DNA from: Geosiphon pyriformis uo1
Lineage: Eukaryota > Fungi > Glomeromycota
Length of the DNA: 64,000 bases
Direction of reading: 5' to 3'
Assembly (NCBI GenBank): GCA_016748015.1
Contig: JAAOMT010000094.1
Location: 398,457 to 462,456 of the forward strand
Of the stretch, positions 14,774-27,829 are shown one piece after another. Below the pieces are notes generated by a model, which saw only the letters and a program-made list of their open reading frames with translations, was not told the origin of the DNA and did not search any database. A program made the position numbers and the translations under genes. The first letter of the stretch is position 1, and the number at the start of each line of letters is the position of its first letter.

Positions 14774-15625
14774 TGTTACAGATGATTATTTGGGGTTTCA
14801 AATCAAATAACAAACTCATAACTTGGTGCTTAATTGATATAATGATATTGGTTTCTGAAGATATTATGGATCTAAAAGTTTTGGTTGAGTCTTTTGTATA
14901 ATAGACAGAGATTCAATGGTTGTTTTCAGTAGTCTCCCAGAATCACAATTCCATCAAATTTTTTTCTTAGCATGGTGGCTGATAATCCTCCTGATAAGCT
15001 ATTCTCAATTCTATAAGTGTTTTACTCTTGTTTTACAGGTCTTTTACCAGTTTCTATGACGTCTGTAACTCAGTGTTTTTAATCCTTAATCAGTTTTAGT
15101 AACAACAACAAAATCAAAAAAAAGAAATAAAGAAAGAAAAAAAAAGAAATAAGTTAATGTAATTGCAAGTTAGTATTCTATCAATAGCCATAATCAAGAG
15201 CTATTGTTCCAGTGTGGTCAAGTATGGATTACTATCAACATGAACTGTTAATAGTAGAGAGTGGATTGAGATAACAAATAGTTATTTATTAGATGATTGT
15301 AATTTTTAAAAGGTTGCTTAGATTGAATCTAAACTGGGAGGTTTGTTTTTTTCTACTTCTAATGCTACTGCTATATATACATAATCAAGATTCCTTAATT
15401 TCTCAATTTTTCATACCAGGAATTCTGGAATTTCTGGAATTCTGCAATTCTTTTTAAAAGGAATCCTGGAATTCTGGAATTCTGTGATTTCTTGTACAAG
15501 AATTCTGAAATTTCTGGAATCTTGCAATTCCTCTTAAGAGAAATTCTGGAATTCTACATTTACTATGTCTACTTCTGATTGGCTAATATATATGCTAATA
15601 TACTTCCTATATTTTATAAGTAATA
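14774..15625 (-). repeat. 5' LTR of B1
   Basis: TGTTACA start next to the PBS; ends GTAATA (from GTAACA); colinear with 5530-6391. Confidence 0.95.
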
Positions 15626-15929
15626 CCAGTAATCATGCTGAAGACAGAAATTGGGAAAACAACTTACCAACAATAATGACATTATTATTGAATCTCTGTT
15701 CATTATACAAAAGACTTAACAAAATCTTCAGATTATTATCAATGCAAATAGCTTTTGAGCACCAAGTTATGAGTTTGTTATTTGATTTGAGACCCCAAAT
15801 AATCACTTGTAACATTTGGTGCTCCCTGTAAGGTATAATCCAACAGAGAACTAGCACCAGCAACAACCATACAGAAAAGTGGCAGATCAAGAGAAAACAA
15901 AAAAAATCATTTAAGATTTGCAAAATTCT

Positions 15930-16370
15930 TATTTTACTATTACCTTTGATAAAACTTGTTAAATTAAAAAAAAACTTCAATTATTCAAAACTCAAGCATT
16001 AAAATCTTAAATATTCGAAACTTACCATTAATAAATTTATTAAAAACTCATTAAATTAAAACTTCAATTATTCAAAACCCAATTATTAAAATCTCGAACA
16101 TTTAAAACTTATCATTAATAAATTCATTAAAAAACTCATTAAATTAAAACTCCAATTATTCAAGACCCAATCATTAAAACCCTGAACATTTGAAAATTAC
16201 TGTTGATAAATTCATTAAAACTCATTAAAACTCCAATTATTCAAAACCCGATCATTAAAACCCTAAACATTTGAAACTTATCTTTGATAAACTCGTTAAA
16301 ACTCGTTAAAACTCTGATTATTCAAGACCTAATTGTTCAAAAAACCCAAACATTCAAAACCCAATAATTC
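15930..16370 (+). repeat. Tandem repeat (about 80-88 bp unit, about 4.5 copies) inside element D
   Basis: Unit starts AACTCCAATTATTCAAAACCC at about 15973, 16059, 16148, 16229 and 16309. Confidence 0.85.
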
Positions 16371-17028
16371 TAACCCCACTATCACACAAAGAAACTTACT
16401 ATTGATAAAACTTGTTAAACTTCTAGCAATTCAAACTCTGGGAATTATTCAAAAACCCAAACATTCAAAGTCCAATAAATTCCAAACACCACTATCATAC
16501 CAATAAAATTTAATTTCCACAGTACCAATAAATTAGCAAAACTCATTTAATGGTTCTAAGTCAGAATATTGAGATGTAGTCACAATCTACTCCCATGTGT
16601 TATATATTCAAAGAAGAGCCAATTAGTAAAAACAAATAGAAATCGGAATTGGAACTTAATCTCAATTCAAACTCTGCTGATAACAACAACAATTCAAACT
16701 CCACTAATGACAATGACAATTTAAACTCTGCCAACAACAATTCAAACTCCGCTTCAAACACTAAATGATATATCATGCTTCTAGATCTTACAATGGAGCA
16801 GGAATTAACTAAATTCAGTAATAATAATGAGAGCATTATGTTTAAACATACACATAATACAGATGTAAGATTTAAACATGGATATTCTGGACAGACCACT
16901 ATAGTTAAAAACTCCAGTCACATATAAAATTAGATTTACAAATAGCAATAAAAATTACAGCAACAACATTAATACAAAAGAGAGATTTAGAAGATTTTGC
17001 AGGGACTTAATAATAAAAAAGGGAATAA

Positions 17029-17879
17029 TGTTACTCATAGAAAACTAAATACAAAAAAATAGTAAAAAAAACAAAAAGAGAAATTAAACCAATAGGAGAA
17101 TAGTAGTTAACACATGGGCACATTACTCAGCAATGTGGAGCAATATCAAAAATCATGGCATATTGTTCAGCCATATAAAACATTGCTTAAAAATTCATAG
17201 CATATTGTTCAAGAATGTAAGCAATCTCATAGAATCCAAATCATGTATATATAGCAGTAGTATCAGAAACTAGAAAAGATAACTTCTAGAATCAATAGAA
17301 CTCTTAGAGTCAATTAGATTTGCAGATCATAATTATTAAATACTCCTCCTTTTAAGGATAGTTGCTATCATCTGAAATGAAATTATATCAATAAAATATC
17401 TCTTCAATTCTTCAAATTTATGTTATTATCCACTACTTAATCTGCTGGCACAATAGCTCTTGATTATGGCTATTGACAGAATACTTATTTCTTATTTTAT
17501 TTTATTTTATTTTATTTTTCTTTATTTTATTTTATTTTGTTGTTTACTAATTGATTAAGGATTAAGCACTAAGTTATTGATGTTAAAAATAGCTTGGTAA
17601 AAGACCCAGAAATAAGAGTAAAATTATATATATATTAATAGATAGCTTATCAGAAAGGCATGACTGCCAGAATAAACCAGCCACACTGAAGACAGAAATT
17701 GGGAAAACAACTTACTAACAACAATGACATTACTATTGAATCTCTGTTCATTATACAAAAAACTCAACAAAAACCTTCAGATCACAAAACCTTCAGATTA
17801 TTATCAATGCAAATAGCTTTTGAGCACCAAGTTACGAGTTTGTTATTTGATTTGAGATTCCAAATAATCACTTGTAACA
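17029..17879 (+). repeat. 3' LTR of element D
   Basis: TGTTACT...TGTAACA, preceded by the PPT; matches 5016-5529 plus 15626-15814. Confidence 0.93.
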
Positions 17880-18655
17880 ATGTAATTACATTGTAGTAAA
17901 TGTCAATTCTTTCTCAAAAATTGCTTGTCTGAAAGCTTACTAAAAATGTGTGGTTATTTTGCTGTAAAAGTCAACTCTTCTACAAAAATCTTGTCTGTAG
18001 ACTACCTTAATAATTATAATAAAAAAAGTAAAAGAAAATAAAAAAAAAGTAAAAAAAATAAAATGTTGTCAAAAAAATTGTTTTCTATTTAAGCCTGGAA
18101 TTACTAACAGATTATTGAAATTGGTAGCTAATCAATTTCAAAATGTTAGTTGAAGTTTTGTGAATTTTGAGTATAATAATTAAGAATTTAGTTTTTGAAT
18201 ATTTAATTTTTATTTGATTTTGTGAAGATGTATAAGAGATAATTTGTTGTAATTAAGATATTTAAAGTAAGATATATTTTCTTGAAGAGAGAAGCTTTTT
18301 TTATACAACTTGCTATAGTACTAGTCTTTAAATTTGTACTTTTTTCTTTATTATAATTTTAGCAAACTAAAAATATATTTTGGTAAACTACAAGTTATTT
18401 CTACAAACTATTAATTATTTTGGCCAATTTCTGTTAATTTCGACAAATTTTTGAATATTAAATAGTTTAGGGTATTATGTAATTTGATTATTTTAATTTC
18501 TATAATACAAATTAGATTATTAATTGAATGATAATATTTAATAATTTGATTAAATAATAAGTGATAATTGAAATAATAATAATATATACTAATTAATAAT
18601 AAGAATTATAAGAATAACTTTATGCTAATTAATAGCTAAAATTCTACTGGTAATA
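17880..18655 (-). repeat. A/C-family LTR remainder (host of element D)
   Basis: Colinear with about 4212-5015; ends CTGGTAATA. Confidence 0.9.
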
Positions 18656-18823
18656 TTGGCATAGAATTGGCTATTTCACTTATAAATTCAGCAGTTCAAA
18701 TTATAAAAAATAATTTGAAGATAAATTCAGTTATTAGAAGTTTAACAATTTCTAAAAAACATGAATTTACAGCAAACAAATATTAACAATATTCAAAAAA
18801 AAAACCAAAAATCTCTAATAATA
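18656..18823 (+). repeat. A/C-family LTR, terminal 168 bp in the opposite orientation
   Basis: Colinear with about 31688-31856. Its junction with the LINE is the same as the junction at 56028/56029. Confidence 0.88.
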
Positions 18824-20832
18824 CCAATACTTCAAAAGCAACTATTTTAGACTTCAGACTTCCAATTTTGGTAGTTAAAATCTTAAAACTGCTTAAATTA
18901 AAAACCAATATTTTATGTGTTATCAATAGAAAAGAATAAAGAGAAATCTGGAAGTTATTCAAAATTATATCTGTTTTCACATAAAAAAACAATAATGATA
19001 GAATTTTTAAAACCAGATTTAAAACCAATCTTGAATTTAAAATTAAAAAATTTATTAAAATAAGAAAAAAAGAAACTAATACAAGAAACACCAAATCTAT
19101 TTTATCTAATTTGTGTATAATTGTTAACACCTGATCTGCCAACAGTTCCAAAGAGCATTTTAAAGAAACCAGCTAATTATTAAAAGAGAATATGTCTTGA
19201 AAAATAGGGGAAACACTACCAAAATTGGATTCATCAGATAAAAAAAATTTCAAAAGAAAGCCAGAATAAATACCAGTTAAATCAACTATTGAAAAAACTA
19301 TTTGCATTTAAGATTTACTATCAAAAACAACAGAACAAACAATAAAAGCATTTTTTTTTGTATATAAGTAGATTAATTGAAACTAATCTTCATTTAAAAT
19401 AACTTTCTTATAAGTCTTTTTTGAAATAAAAACAAATAATTCCAAAAAGTCACATTTAAAAAAAAAATTTCTATGATATTCATATTTCTTACAATAAATT
19501 ACATTTAATCTTTTCAAAAAAATTTAATACTACCAAATATTAGTTTTGTATAAAAGACAGATTCTAATTTTTTATCATATTTAAAATCAACTACAGTACA
19601 ACAAACTCTGTTACCAGTGTTAAATAACCAATTAATAACACAAGTTTTCTCACTGATTCTATCCAATAAAGCACTAAGATTATAAACAGTTATTTTCATA
19701 AGAAGAGTAAATAAAAGTGCTCTAAATTAATTCTTAAACATTTAAGTATCTTGATCTTTTATGGCTTTTGCCACATCCATTGAATTTTTTCTAATTAAAA
19801 ATAACTAATTTGAAGCCAACAAATCTGTCTAACTTAATTCAGTAAATTTAACCATAGTTTTTTGTTATAGTCTAATTAGTTACATTTAGATTAATTTAAT
19901 TTGGCCAATTTTGAAAATTATGATAATAATTATTTCTTTTGATGTGTTTATAAAATTTATTTTGATCATTACAGTCTAATCTGAATATACTTTTTGTTTT
20001 TTAAAATTGGTATTTACAATAATGCTCTTTTTTTTGGCCAATAAAGTGGTCTTTTTTATGCTTTTTTCTAATATAAATATTAATTTAATGATTTTTTGAA
20101 ATTTTGAAAAAATAGTGGCTTTCCTAAAACCATTAACTGTTAAAAACAATTTTTTAATAAACTGTGTTTTTATTGTTGTTAATTTGCCATTTATTGTTAA
20201 AAAATTAATGTTTAAAGTAAAAAATTTTTTAACAAACACTTTAACTTAAGTCTTTACTATCTTGGAATTAATTCATCTTTTGTTGAAAAAGATATTAAGA
20301 AAAGAAAAAAAAGGTCTCATATTTTTATCTATTGCAAAATCAATTATACCAATAGAAAAACTACCAACCAAGTCAGTATTAATCTTTTTAGCTTTGAAAG
20401 TTGTTACAGCTAAATCAAAAAAAAAACCACTACCAGAATTTAATATAGTATTACCGATTTTACTATTACTAGATTCACTTTCTATATCTGAGTATATATT
20501 ACTATCAAGACTAAATTTGACCAAAAATTATTTTTTTTTATTATTAAAATGCTTAATATTATTTACAAAAACTCTTTTTTTAAGAGAAAATATCTCTAAC
20601 AAAATTATGAAAAGCTTTTTCAGATACTTTTTTCTTAAACATACTATTACTTAAAATAGCTTTTAGATTTATCACAAAAAAATTATTATTTTGAGAAATA
20701 TTAAAAATAATATAACTAAAAAGATAAAAACAAAAAACTTCTTTTTCAAAAAATGTTTTTTGGGAAATTTTGAATATAGAAAAGAAAAAAATATATAATT
20801 TAAATATTATTTTTTAGTTATATATATAATAA
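18824..20832 (-). mobile_element. Non-LTR retrotransposon (LINE) 5' end/ORF1 relic
   Basis: Inverted paralogue of 53584-56028, which continues into endonuclease and RT relics; ORF fragments 19976-20239 and 19514-19699. Confidence 0.75.
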
Positions 20833-21346
20833 TGTTATAAATTGGAGTAATAAGCTAATAGATAGCAAAAAAAAACAGGATTGTATTATAATAAAAAAAA
20901 TTAAAAAAAATTCAGCTACAAGAAATGAATTGAATGAGTATGAATTCAATGTGTAAGATCAGTCTTATAAAATATTTTAATCATTATTCTTTTTAAAAAA
21001 TAACAAAAAAATCTGAAAGTAAAGAGATAGTTTGTACTGTCAACAAATAATAATACACTAATACAATTTTATGTCTTATATTAATATTTTTAAAATTTGA
21101 TATCAAATATTAAATGTGTTTTTTAATTATATTTTATTCAATAATCTTCAAATACTACAATTACATGAATCAAAAAAAAGTAAAAAAATGTCAACAAGTA
21201 ATCTTTTATTTCAAGATATTCAGATACTTAAAAGTAGTTAATAGTCAAGTTATTGATTACTATTTAAAAATAGAATGACTAATTATATAATATTAGTGAC
21301 TAATATATATAATATTTAATAAAAACTATAGATTTTAACCATAATA
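20833..21346 (-). repeat. 3' LTR of element E
   Basis: TGTTATAA...CCATAATA; homologous to solo LTR 53891-54531. Confidence 0.88.
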
Positions 21347-24300
21347 TTATTCTTTTCAAAAAGATTAAGTTCTGGCAAAATCAAACTATTTATAAGATAA
21401 TTTAATTGAAAAATTTTATCTAATTCAAAATTAATTAGTTTTTTGAAGTCTTTTGTGAATAAAGTATATAATATCTGAGATAAAATAAGTTTTGTACTTA
21501 AGAGACCAAATCTTTGTATAAAAGTTTTGGCTCTTTTGGCAATAAATAAAACTTTTAGAACATTTAACTATATAATGTTTAGAATTTCCACTTGTTATTT
21601 TTGAAGTTGTTTTCTTCATAAGCTTTATGTCTTCTATAATTTTACCAAATTGATTATAGAGCTTTAGTTGTCTTCTATATAACAGATTTTTGTCTATAAG
21701 CAAGATTTCTTTAATTGTTTTTTTAAGTGTATTAAAAAATGATAGTATGCTTGTTATTATGCTTTCAAATATATAATTATTTATTTTGCTACCAATTTTT
21801 TCTTTTTTGGTTATGGTTTTTTTGGTTTAATAATAGTATGTGTTCTACTGTTATCAATTATGATAATCTGTTTTCCAATAGTTAAAGTAACATTTGAATA
21901 ATTTTTAATTAAATACTTATGAAAAATATAGAAAGCATTTTGAATGTTTTAATTCAAGAAATAATTGTTCATATTAATTAAAAATATTTCTGTTTTAAAA
22001 ATAGTGCATTTATTTATATTTGATTTTTGCTAATTATTTGAGTTATATTACTACAACAGATAACCAATTAGGTTATTTGTAATATTTTTTGAGTTGTATG
22101 CCATGAACAAAATAATTATTAAATATTGTTCTATATTGATCTTGTAAGATATAAGAACTATTGTTCAAACTTTATTGACTATAAAAGATTCTTTCTACTG
22201 GCTAAAAAATTTATTATCATAAATATTGTCTCTGTTTAAGCAATATTTTAAAACTAAGTTATTAATATTTAAGAAAAGTGTTTTATAAGTTTTTTTTTTC
22301 TTAAGTTTTTCTTAAAACTGTTTTATTTTTTCAAAAACAATTATTTGTATTTTTATCAATAAGTTAAAAATGATATCAAGTCTTCTTTGTAAAATGTCTT
22401 TATAACTTTCTATTGTAATTTCTTTAAAGAGTATTGTTTTAATGTTTGTTTCTATTGGTAAAATTGTTATTCATCTATAGAACAGATAAAAAAATTTATA
22501 ATTTATCATGTCATAATTTACAGTTCTATAAGCAAACAAAGCTAAAAACAGTACTTTGTCTTATAAATTTGTTTTTTTACTGGTTTTGGCTAAGATTTTA
22601 TATAATGTTTTATTAAAACATTCTACTAAGTTATTTGTTTAAAGATAATAAAAAAAAAGTTTATAATATATTCCTATTTTTTTACAAAGTTCTTTAACTA
22701 ATTTATTAAAAAAAGCTTTTTTCTATTAGATAAAAGTTTTTTGAGACAACTATAATAACAAAATAATATTTTTATAAATGAAATTAGTTATTGAGACTAC
22801 TGTTTAGTCTAAAGTAACTCTTGTTTTTACTTACTTTGTAAAATAGTTAGTAGCTGTAATTATATATTTGTTGTTATCAAAAGTTATTGTTAAAAGTCTA
22901 ACAATATCTATACTAATTTTGTTAAATAGTTAATTAATAGAAATTGAATAGATATTTTTTTTTAATTAGACTTTTCTTTTTTTTGACAAATATTACAGAT
23001 TTTAATATAATTAGCAATGTTTTTTTCGAAAGTAGGCCAATAATAATGAGCTAGTGTTTTTTAAATTGTTTTAGTCTTTCTAAAGTGTTTAGTTAATAGA
23101 TTAATATACATGTTGTAAATTACAATTTCTTTTTTTTCAAATTTAATAACTTTTTAAAAGCAATCAGAATCTTTTTTATTTCTTTTGTATAATTGGTTCT
23201 GGCAGATTAAATAAAAATTTAATTGTTTTTGCAAATATTCTCTTTGTTGTCAAATATAGTTTGATAAGTATTGTCTTTTACCCAAAAATTTTATTAAGAC
23301 AGAATAGTTATTCAAGTCTATTATTATGTTTGTTTAAGAAAAATTTACTAATAATTAAATTAGTTTGGTTTAAAAAGGTTGTATTGTTATTAAATAGTAA
23401 GTCTAGAAAAAGCATTGGCATTTTAATGATAAATTCTTTTATAATATTGTATATTATAGTTAAATTTATTTAAGTAGAATATCTAATAAATTATTTTTTT
23501 ATGTTCCAGTTTTTTTTGTTGTACAATTAAACCAAAGCTTAATGATTTGTTATCACTAAAAACTTTATATCAAGGAAATACTTACTTTAGTAACTAATAA
23601 ATCATATTACTGCTAAGCATTTTTGTTTTATAACTAAATAATTCTATTTTGCTAAGAAAAAAAATTTGCTAATATAAGCTATAATATGTTTTTTATTATC
23701 TTTATTTTTCTGAGATAGGACAGCCAAGTTTAAAGCCAGATAAATTGGAAAATAAAAAGTTAATTTAGATTAGATTGCTTAAAAATAAGTTCTGTGATTA
23801 ATTTTTCTTTTAAAGTTTCAAAAACTTTTTGCTGATATATGTTTCAATAATAATTAATAGTTTTCTTAAATAGCTAATTGAAAAGAAAAACAATTTTAAA
23901 GAAATTTTTAACAAACTTTTGATAATAAAAAACCAAACCAATAAAAAAACATAGATTATAGATATTTATTGGTTGTTTAATGTTTTAAACTTTTTTAATC
24001 TTGGCTAAATCAAAGAAAATTCTATCTTTTATAATAAAATAACTAAAAAACTAAATAGATTGACATCTAAAAAAAAATTTGATTAGATTGATTTTAAGAC
24101 CAGTATTTCTAAAGAAATCAAAAAATTTTTGCAAATATTTAAGATGTTTATTTTAGATTTTTGAATATACTATTATATTGTTCAAGTAAATTAAAACAAA
24201 GTTTTTTTTTATTGATTTAAATACTTTGTTTATTAAGTATTAAAAATAAAAAGAGCATTAATAAGATCAAAAAACATAACTGTAAATTTATAGATGCTAT

Positions 24301-26170
24301 ACTTGGTGATAAAAACAGTTTTTTTTCGACTTTTTAGATCTATTTTTACTTATCAAAATTGAGCAGTTAGATTAATAATTGAGAAGAAAACAATACCATT
24401 AAATTGGTCTAGCATTGTATTAATCTTAAAGAGTAGATACATATCTTTTTTAATAATGATATTTAATTAGCAGTAGTTAACACAAAAATGTAAAATTTCA
24501 TCTTTTTTGAATATTACTACAATTAAAAATACCTATTTATTTTTGGTTTTTTGTATGAATTTAAAGTTTTTTATTCAGTTTATTTTTTTTTGATAAATTT
24601 ATTATTGTTGTAATTGAATTGATAAAACTTTAAGTGGATGAAACAAGTTTTTTTGGTGGTAATAATATGTTGTATTACATAAGCATATTCAAGAATATCA
24701 CTTTTTTTAAGATAACTAGACTGATTCTAGCCAGCAGATTTTTAATGTCAATCTTTTTTTTTAAAAAAGAGTTTTTTTTGTTTTATTGTTAATGATTATA
24801 TCTCTGGTAATTTATTTTCAAAAAACTTTTGCATTTTTTTTATCTTTTCTGTTAATATTAAGCTAATAAGTTTCCAATTTTTTTAATAAATTAGACAGAA
24901 CATGTATTTATCATTAGAAAAATACAATGATTTATTATATTAATACTAAGCACAAAAATTATTTTATCAATAACTGTATTTGGCTTTCTTGCCAGATTTT
25001 CTGTTAGATTTTTTTGAATATATTATAATAAGGCCAACAGATTAGCTTGTCATTTACAATAATTTTTTTTATTAACTTTAATATTGTTTAGTAATTTGTT
25101 ATTGTTGGTAAAAGTAGTATAAGCAAGTTTAACAGTTTTTTCTTGTTCTTTTTTTTCATTATTTTTATTATTATTTGATTTATTTGATTGTTTTTCTTTT
25201 TGATTCTATTTGGATATTGTGGAAGTTGTCTAATAATAATACTTAACTATAATGAGTTTCTTACCATATCTAATAATTAATTTATATAGTTTATAATTAA
25301 GTAATGTTTTTGCTTTTTTGAGCCATTTATTGTCTACAATAATAATGTATTCCTTGGCTTGAAAAACTTTCATATTAGTTTCAATGCTAATATCATTAAT
25401 GTAAACAGAAACAGCTTTGGCTATGTTCAAATTTTTTTTCTTATTATTATATATATTAGTTATTAATTAAGTAAAAAATTTATTAATTTTTCTGCCAATG
25501 GTTTCTAAAAAGTGTTTGGCAATAATGCTGATGAATAATCCACTGTTCAGAATTAAGTCAATAAAATAACCAGCCATTTAAGCTTTACAAATTAAAAGAG
25601 TAATATTACTATTGTTAATAAATCCAGCTTAACAAAAGTACTTATTGGTCTTTAATGTTTTTTTTTTTGAAATTAAAGATTTGTAAAGATTTTTTCTGAA
25701 CTATAGATGAGTTATTAACTGGCCAAAAATAATATAAGCTAAAATTTTTATAAGATCTTTAATTACAAAATAAGACCCAGATTTTTGTATTATTTCTGGA
25801 GACTTTAACTTTGAAAAATTCTTAAAAACTTTAGATTTTGGTGGCTTATTGTTATTAATAGTAGAAGTTAAAACTTTATTTAAGTCTAAAGTAAAATTAA
25901 TCTTAGCTTTTTTCTTTTTTCTTGTGGATTCAGAGAGGTTAATGGCTAATTCATTTATATTATAGTCATTATTAATTAGATTAAAAATGTAAAAAGAGTT
26001 TTTTTTTGGTTGACTTGTATTCTTATTTTTTGAAAATATATTTACTAGTTTAAAAACTAATAAATAGTGGCTTCAACTAAGGAATTTTTTCCAAAGAAAT
26101 TAATATTGATATGATTAGGTCTTTAATTAGGAGTATTATTATTGTTAAGTTTGTTGTTCTGATTATAATT
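20833..26170 (-). mobile_element. Heavily decayed Ty3/Gypsy element E (third family, no dUTPase seen), 5'-truncated
   Basis: 3' LTR 20833-21346 plus PPT relic. Integrase about 22200-23321, RNaseH/RT about 23390-24700, protease about 25200-25620 (IDLILNSG...EYIIIVDNKWL). Confidence 0.82.
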
Positions 26171-26199
26171 GTTTTAAAAGCTGAAGAAAACAATAAAAA

Positions 26200-26896
26200 A
26201 TTGTTAATAATAATAATTTCTAAAAATTTTATAATTTGAAGATTTTGGTTAAATTTTTTGTATAATAAACAAAAATTTTATTAATAATTTTCTTAAATTT
26301 CTGTTTTCAGTATAGTGGCCAGTTTATTTTGGTAATTATGTCCTTCTGATAAGTTATTTTTAAGTTTTTTACTCTTGTTTTACAGATTTTTTATCAGACT
26401 ATTCTTGACATTAATTATTTAGCACTTAATTTTTTTAATTAATTAATAAACAACAAAAAAAATAAATAAAAAAAAATAAATAAATAAAAAAGAAATAAAA
26501 AATTAATATTTCATTAATAGCTATAATTAAAAGCTATTAGTTTAGTATAGTTAAGTATTATATTCTATTAACATGAATTGTTAATAGTATAGAAGTAATT
26601 AATATTTTTTAATCAAATAATAACAACATAAATTGAATAATAATAAATATGTTTATTAATATGAATATAATTCTACTTTAAGTTATAAAAAACTATCTTT
26701 TAAAGAGAAAAATATTGAATAGTTACTTATTACTAACTATTGTTTTTACTATTATTCTGTTTTTTTTTGCTTTTAATATTTTTGCTATATATATATAATT
26801 TATGTTATACAAGATTTCACATATTTTTACTCTTTTTTTATATTACTTCCTAAAAATGTATTCATTTTTTGAGAATGTGTATATTCTTGAAAATGT
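26200..26896 (-). repeat. Decayed B/D-type LTR fragment, interrupted by B2
   Basis: Colinear with B/D LTRs through the GCTATATATA box (about 26785), then a third type of U3 repeat. Confidence 0.75.
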
Positions 26897-27811
26897 TATT
26901 ACAGATGATTATTTGGGGTCTCAAATCAAATAACAAATCCATAACTTGATGCTTTAGTATCTTAATAATGTTGGTACTCTTAGTATGTTGGTTGTATCTG
27001 AAGGGTTTTTTTTAGCTGATTTGAAGGTGTTGTTGGGGAGTTTTTTGTATAATAAACAGAGACTCAATAGTGGTTTCAGTAGCCTTCTGGAATCACAATT
27101 CTGTCAAATTTTTTTCTCAGTATGATGGCCAGTAATCCTTCTGATAAGCTATCCTCAAATCTATGAGTGTTATACCCTTGTTTCATGAATCTTTTACCAA
27201 TCCCTATGATGTTTGTTCTTTAGCACTTAATTTTCAATCAATTTAGTATACAACAATGAAATCAAATAAAAAAATAAAAAAAGAAAATAAAAAGAAATGA
27301 AGAGAATTAAGTCAATGCAATTGCAAGTTAGTATTCCATCAATAGCTGTAATCAAGAGCTATTGTTCCAGTGTGGTTAAGTATCATTTATTATCAACATG
27401 AAGTGTTAATAGTGGAGAGTGGAATTAAGATAACAAATAGTTATTTATTAATATTTGTGATGGAGAAAGTTGCTTAAATTAAATCTAAATGGAGAAATCT
27501 GTCTTTTTTACTTCTATCTCTATCACTATATATACATATTTAATGTTCTACAAGATCACTCACATTGCCAAGTGATGTGCTATGATTTTTGAACAATGCT
27601 CATATTGCTGAGCAATGTGCTCTAATTTTCTAATATTGCTCCATATTGCTGAGTAATGTGCTGTAATTTCTAACATTGCTCCATATTGCTGAATAATATG
27701 CTGTAATTTTTAACATTGTTCCATATTGCTGAGCAATGTGCTCACATGCTAACTACTATTCTCTTATTGGTCTACTATTTTTCTATATCTGTTTTCTTTT
27801 TATGAGTAATA
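26897..27811 (-). repeat. 3' LTR of B2 (D-type U3)
   Basis: TATTACA...GAGTAATA followed by a PPT relic. Confidence 0.92.
27590..27745. repeat. 40-bp tandem repeat with palindromic core (C)ATATTGCTGAGCAATGTG in the LTR U3
   Basis: Units at about 27600, 27641, 27681 and 27721; no unique spacers. Confidence 0.9.
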
Positions 27812-27829
27812 TTATCTTTTCTTTTTAAT

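Larger units (their letters stand above)
5530..15625 (-). mobile_element. Full-length decayed Ty3/Gypsy element B1 (about 10.1 kb)
   Basis: Paired LTRs 5530-6391 and 14774-15625; CCAG TSD at 5526-5529 and 15626-15629; PBS at 14756-14773; PPT about 6395-6407; order gag-PR-dUT-RT-RH-IN. Confidence 0.96.
5016..17879 (+). mobile_element. Non-autonomous LTR element D (B-related deletion derivative); its 5' LTR is interrupted by A and B1
   Basis: 5' LTR pieces 5016-5529 and 15626-15814 match the 3' LTR 17029-17879. PBS at 15815, a 1.2-kb internal region, and PPT AAAAAAGGGAATAA directly before 17029. Confidence 0.88.

Noticed and set aside
27590-27745. Palindromic 40-bp repeats as a CRISPR array
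   Set aside because: Units are contiguous with near-identical intervening sequence, lie inside an LTR, and no cas genes are present.
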